A stretch of DNA of 64,000 nucleotides from positions 310,001-374,000 of the forward strand of contig NZ_JMCB01000013.1 in assembly GCF_000737315.1 (NCBI RefSeq), given 5' to 3'. Shown one piece after another: positions 60,998 through 64,000 of this stretch. The notes beneath the pieces are model-generated. The model made no database searches, was not told the origin of the DNA, and worked only from the letters and a program-made list of their open reading frames with translations. The position numbers and the translations under genes are program-made. The stretch's first letter is position 1, and each line of letters begins with the position of its first letter. This DNA is from Hyalangium minutum. GTDB lineage: Bacteria > Myxococcota > Myxococcia > Myxococcales > Myxococcaceae.

Positions 60998-61324
60998 GTG
61001 ATGGTCGCTCCCACGGGAAATCCCTTGAAGGTCTACCTCGATGATGAACGGGCGACGCCCGTCGGCTGGGTGCCAGCACGCTGGCCAGAGGACACCATCG
61101 CTCTTCTGGAAACCGGCCAGGTGACGGACCTGAGCCTCGACCACGACTTGGGGGACGATCTCCATGGGACTGGATATGATGTCTTGTGTTGGATCGAAGA
61201 GGCTGTGGCGACACGCGGCTTTGTCCCACCGCGCATCTCCATTCATTCGGCCAACCCTTCGGCCAGGCACAAGATGCACCTCGCTGTCGAGCGGATTGGC
61301 CGATTTTGGCAACAACAAAAGTAG
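60998..61324 (+). CDS. Cyclic-phosphate processing receiver (cREC) domain protein
   Basis: KVYLDDER, LSLDHDLG, TGYDVLCW and IHSANP. The real start may be the TTG at 61025. Confidence 0.75.
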   Translation: MMVAPTGNPLKVYLDDERATPVGWVPARWPEDTIALLETGQVTDLSLDHDLGDDLHGTGYDVLCWIEEAVATRGFVPPRISIHSANPSARHKMHLAVERIGRFWQQQK

Positions 61325-61349
61325 CTGTTCATGCGGCTGTTCTGCCTCA

Positions 61350-61895
61350 TCACTGACCTCCTCCGCTCGCCCCACCGGGTTCGCCGCCGACGAGAGATGC
61401 CGCGTTGTCGACACCGAAGCGGTAGGGGTCCGCTTCGCCTTGGGCTCTTTCGAGGAAGGCAAGCGCCAGCGGCCGTGCTTCGGGCAGTGGCCGCTCGGCC
61501 ATCCGGGCGCAGTCGGCAAGCTGTATGAGATAAGTTCCGGCGTCACGCGAGCTTGCCCCGGCGCGGAGGGCCGCCTCCCCACCCTCGATGAGAGCGCGGA
61601 CGATCGCGGGCCCCGCAGTATCAAGCTCGTAGCGAAAGAGCTCTGTCAGCGCCTCGGTGAGCCCATATGTCCCGGGCCGTATGGGACGCGCCACAAGTCT
61701 TGCCGCAATCGGCGCAATGATCTCCGCTCCGCGGTGGGTCAACTCGTGGGTAATGTGAAGGAGCGCCCATTCGCCAAGTGGCTCGAGGTCAAGCGCGTCG
61801 AGGAGCTCGTCGAGCGACGCCCGCTCCACGTTCCTGCGAGCGGCAGCGCCCTGGTCATCGGCGCTGTGGCCCACCAGGAGTTCTGTCAGTCTCAT
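61350..61895 (-). CDS. Hypothetical helical protein (possible immunity protein)
   Basis: Coding-like ORF starting 9 nt after the ComJ-like stop. No family recognised. Confidence 0.5.
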   Translation of the reverse strand: MRLTELLVGHSADDQGAAARRNVERASLDELLDALDLEPLGEWALLHITHELTHRGAEIIAPIAARLVARPIRPGTYGLTEALTELFRYELDTAGPAIVRALIEGGEAALRAGASSRDAGTYLIQLADCARMAERPLPEARPLALAFLERAQGEADPYRFGVDNAASLVGGEPGGASGGGQ

Positions 61896-61903
61896 GTCGG
61901 CTC

Positions 61904-62572
61904 TCAAGCGGGCTGGCCATCGAGGGTGAGGACCTTCGGCGGCTGAAGTTCGGCATCCTTCTTGTGAATGGCGGTACTCACGTTTTTGGAAGGGACGAAG
62001 GTCACCCGGCAACTCACGGGCTTGTCCTCCGAAGATTCGAGGTCGGGGGAGGGATTGCGATATTCCATCTCGAAGAGCAGCGCGTAGTGACCGGCCGGTA
62101 GATCGATCGGATGCACGCTCCCGTAATACATGTCGCAGATCTCGATGCCGCCCTTCGCCGCTTCGAACGGGACGACGATCGCGCGAAACGCCCGAGGCGA
62201 GACTCGCAGCGTGTCCGCCGTAGCCACCTCGAAAGGCACGTCCCCGGCGTCTTCGCTCACCCGGAACGACACGTTGCCGCGCCGCCAGGAGAAGCCTTGA
62301 CGCATCGCCTGATTCGTCCAGCGGTTGTGCCCGGGCTCAGGCAGCCCGCGTGAGCTAACCGTCACGAGGCTCTGCACGACGCTCACAACGAACTCCGCGA
62401 GGATCACGCGCTTCGCCTTCAAACCACGCTTCGAGCGCTTCGCCGCGGAGGTCCTCCTCACTGCAGCATCCTTCTTCCTTGCGGTCTTCTTCGCTCCGAG
62501 CGCCTTTGTGTCCTTCCTCGTCCCGGCGTTCTTCCCCGGCCTTGTCGCGACCTTCTTCTTCCGGGTGGCCAT
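61904..62572 (-). CDS. ComJ-like protein with a Lys/Ala/Arg-rich N-terminal extension
   Basis: WT...MRQGFSWRRGNVSF, RAIVVPF, DLPAGHYALLFE and AIHKKDAEL, as in ComJ-family proteins that I recall. Confidence 0.6.
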   Translation of the reverse strand: MATRKKKVATRPGKNAGTRKDTKALGAKKTARKKDAAVRRTSAAKRSKRGLKAKRVILAEFVVSVVQSLVTVSSRGLPEPGHNRWTNQAMRQGFSWRRGNVSFRVSEDAGDVPFEVATADTLRVSPRAFRAIVVPFEAAKGGIEICDMYYGSVHPIDLPAGHYALLFEMEYRNPSPDLESSEDKPVSCRVTFVPSKNVSTAIHKKDAELQPPKVLTLDGQPA

Positions 62573-62585
62573 GTGCTCCCCTCTC

Positions 62586-62693
62586 GTTCGCCAGCAACGT
62601 GGCGAGATTGTCCGCCACCGCCTCATACAGCACTGGCCCCTCCGGCTGCCTGCGCCGGTATTTCCACCCGTACCTCGCGCTCGCCAGAAGCTC
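62586..62693 (-). mobile_element. 5' stub of an IS91-like (zinc-binding-domain) transposase gene
   Basis: Minus-strand frame reads GWKYRRRQPEGPVLYEAVADNLATLLA, resembling the N-terminus of myxobacterial IS91-like transposases as I recall them. It is cut after about 35 codons. Confidence 0.55.
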
Positions 62694-62696
62694 CTA

Positions 62697-62725
62697 GCGG
62701 CGGGTTCGATTCCCGCCGCCTCCAC
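62697..62725 (+). other. tRNA/tmRNA 3'-end-like fragment (T-arm plus CTCCAC); att-site or IS-end scar
   Basis: GCGGCGGG-TTCGATT-CCCGCCGC-CTCCAC, with no CCA end and no D or anticodon arm upstream. Confidence 0.6.
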
Positions 62726-62810
62726 GCCGTATCTCTCGGAGCGCCCCCCATTTTCCGGGAGACTGGGGAGCGCTGAGGCGACGGCTCGGCTGCTCCCGCT
62801 GGGCTGGGCC

Positions 62811-62829
62811 AAGCAGGCTGGCCCTGCTT
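62811..62829 (-). terminator. Short hairpin after the protease stop codon
   Basis: AAGCAGG-ctggc-CCTGCTT. Confidence 0.35.
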
Positions 62830-62839
62830 CCTCGTCAGC

Positions 62840-64000
62840 TCAATAGCAGAGGTAGTTGTCGTTCCAGGCATCCGGATCCGAGGGCTCGTTCCACTGCACG
62901 CAAGTCTTCCCTTGCACGGGCCCTACAGCAGACCACTGGAAGTTGAGGTTGCTGGTGTTCGGGACGCAGACGTAATTGTCGTTCCAGGTGTGCGGATCCG
63001 AAGGCTCGTTGACGAGCGTGCACTTCATGTTGGCAATGGGTCCAGTGGAGCTGAAGCGGATCCCTTCATCCACCTGAGAGCACAGCCAGTTGTCGTTCCA
63101 GGAGTGTGGGTCGGAGGCCTCCTTGATCTGGTTGCAGAAGTAGCCAGCCACACGGCCCCAGGGAGAGAACACCAGCCGCTGGCTGAAGCACAGGTAGTTG
63201 TTGTCCCACGAATGCGGATCCGATGCCTCGAGCAGCTGCGTGCAGCGCTGGCCGGCGATGGGGCCCACGGAAGACCAGGTGAACTGGACTGGGCTCTCAG
63301 GCGGGACGCACAGGTAATTGTCGTCCCACGTATGGGGATCCGACGTCTCGAGCAGCTGCGTGCAGCGTTGGCCGGCGATGGGGCCCACGGCAGACCACCT
63401 CAGTCCCTGAGGGCTGGCGGAGCAGAGATAGTTGTCGTTCCAGGTGTAGGGGTCGGCGGACTCGGAGAGCTGGGTGCACGCCGACCAGGGACGGGTGCCC
63501 AAGGAGCTGAACTCGAAGGGAGGCACTCCGTACGCGATCCGCAGCCCCTCCAGGTCCAGCGCGCTCAGCGTCGGGCGGCCCCATTCGGCGCAGTAGTTCA
63601 TGGTCGAGTAGGAGTCATACACGGTGATCATCGTCCCATTCTGATGAGTGACGGTATTGTCGCAGTAACCCGAAGTCCCTGGCTGATTGCCCGGCGAGTC
63701 CTGCTCGTGGAAGAACCCGAGTGCATGACCGAACTCGTGGAGGGCGACCCCCCGGATGCAGTACTCCCGGTCATCGCCCGGGAAGTTGTCCCACCAGTCG
63801 CTGCACGCCGTGCTCCAACTGTTGAAGTTGAAGTTGAGCCACATGCTCGGGTTGAGGTTGGTGCGGCCGACGTAGGCTCTGGGAGTGCTCTCGTCCACCT
63901 GGATGCGGATGGCGAAGGGGGGCGTGCTCGCATTGCACGGGCCCCAGCCGGTGAAGCGAACACTGCTCCACATATCCCACTGGGACTCCACGGTCTCCCG
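62840..64000 (-). CDS. Metzincin zinc metalloprotease with six C-terminal Cys-containing repeats (5'-partial)
   Basis: HEFGHALGFFH zinc motif and STMNY Met-turn; repeats of the form C.Q..E.SDP..W.DNYLC. The frame is open to the window edge. Confidence 0.85.
   Translation of the reverse strand, partial: RETVESQWDMWSSVRFTGWGPCNASTPPFAIRIQVDESTPRAYVGRTNLNPSMWLNFNFNSWSTACSDWWDNFPGDDREYCIRGVALHEFGHALGFFHEQDSPGNQPGTSGYCDNTVTHQNGTMITVYDSYSTMNYCAEWGRPTLSALDLEGLRIAYGVPPFEFSSLGTRPWSACTQLSESADPYTWNDNYLCSASPQGLRWSAVGPIAGQRCTQLLETSDPHTWDDNYLCVPPESPVQFTWSSVGPIAGQRCTQLLEASDPHSWDNNYLCFSQRLVFSPWGRVAGYFCNQIKEASDPHSWNDNWLCSQVDEGIRFSSTGPIANMKCTLVNEPSDPHTWNDNYVCVPNTSNLNFQWSAVGPVQGKTCVQWNEPSDPDAWNDNYLCY

Noticed and set aside
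60747-61001. Small ORF upstream of the cREC gene
   Set aside because: It has a weak start, no recognisable motif and competing ORFs in several frames.
62697-62725. Functional tRNA or tmRNA gene
   Set aside because: Only a T-arm and a partial acceptor strand are present. There is no D or anticodon arm, no matching 5' acceptor strand and no CCA, and I saw no tmRNA 5' end in the window.
62843-63520. CRISPR-like periodic repeats here and in the Kelch gene
   Set aside because: They are in-frame protein repeats with no unique spacers, and there are no cas genes.

Overview
High-GC bacterial chromosome segment with a myxobacterial signature: Kelch/PKD lipoproteins, many secreted hypothetical proteins, hybrid kinases and sigma54-type promoters. 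The taxonomy is an inference. From left to right it holds a 5'-partial monomeric PheS-like protein with an anticodon-binding domain and an altered amino-acid pocket; a ydcSTUV-patD-gabT polyamine uptake/catabolism operon followed by a frameshifted flavin amine oxidase; assorted enzymes and kinases; a more AT-rich, decayed accessory patch (22-27.3 kb); a cluster of secreted proteins (27.5-37.7 kb); a tightly coupled CotH kinase / VTC / porin / TMK-like repeat protein / DUF4956 / DUF47 operon, which is the best candidate for an undescribed polyphosphate-linked envelope system; a two-component pair upstream of a MacAB-TolC-type pump; an NMT1/NrtA-type ABC transporter; a malectin-propeller lipoprotein; a small mobile-element scar (IS91-like transposase stub, tRNA/tmRNA-like T-arm hairpin, ComJ-like, hypothetical and cREC genes); and a partial metzincin protease with six Cys-containing repeats. 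I found no CRISPR array, rRNA or intact tRNA. Family names come from motif recognition by eye and recall, not from database searches, so they need HMM confirmation.
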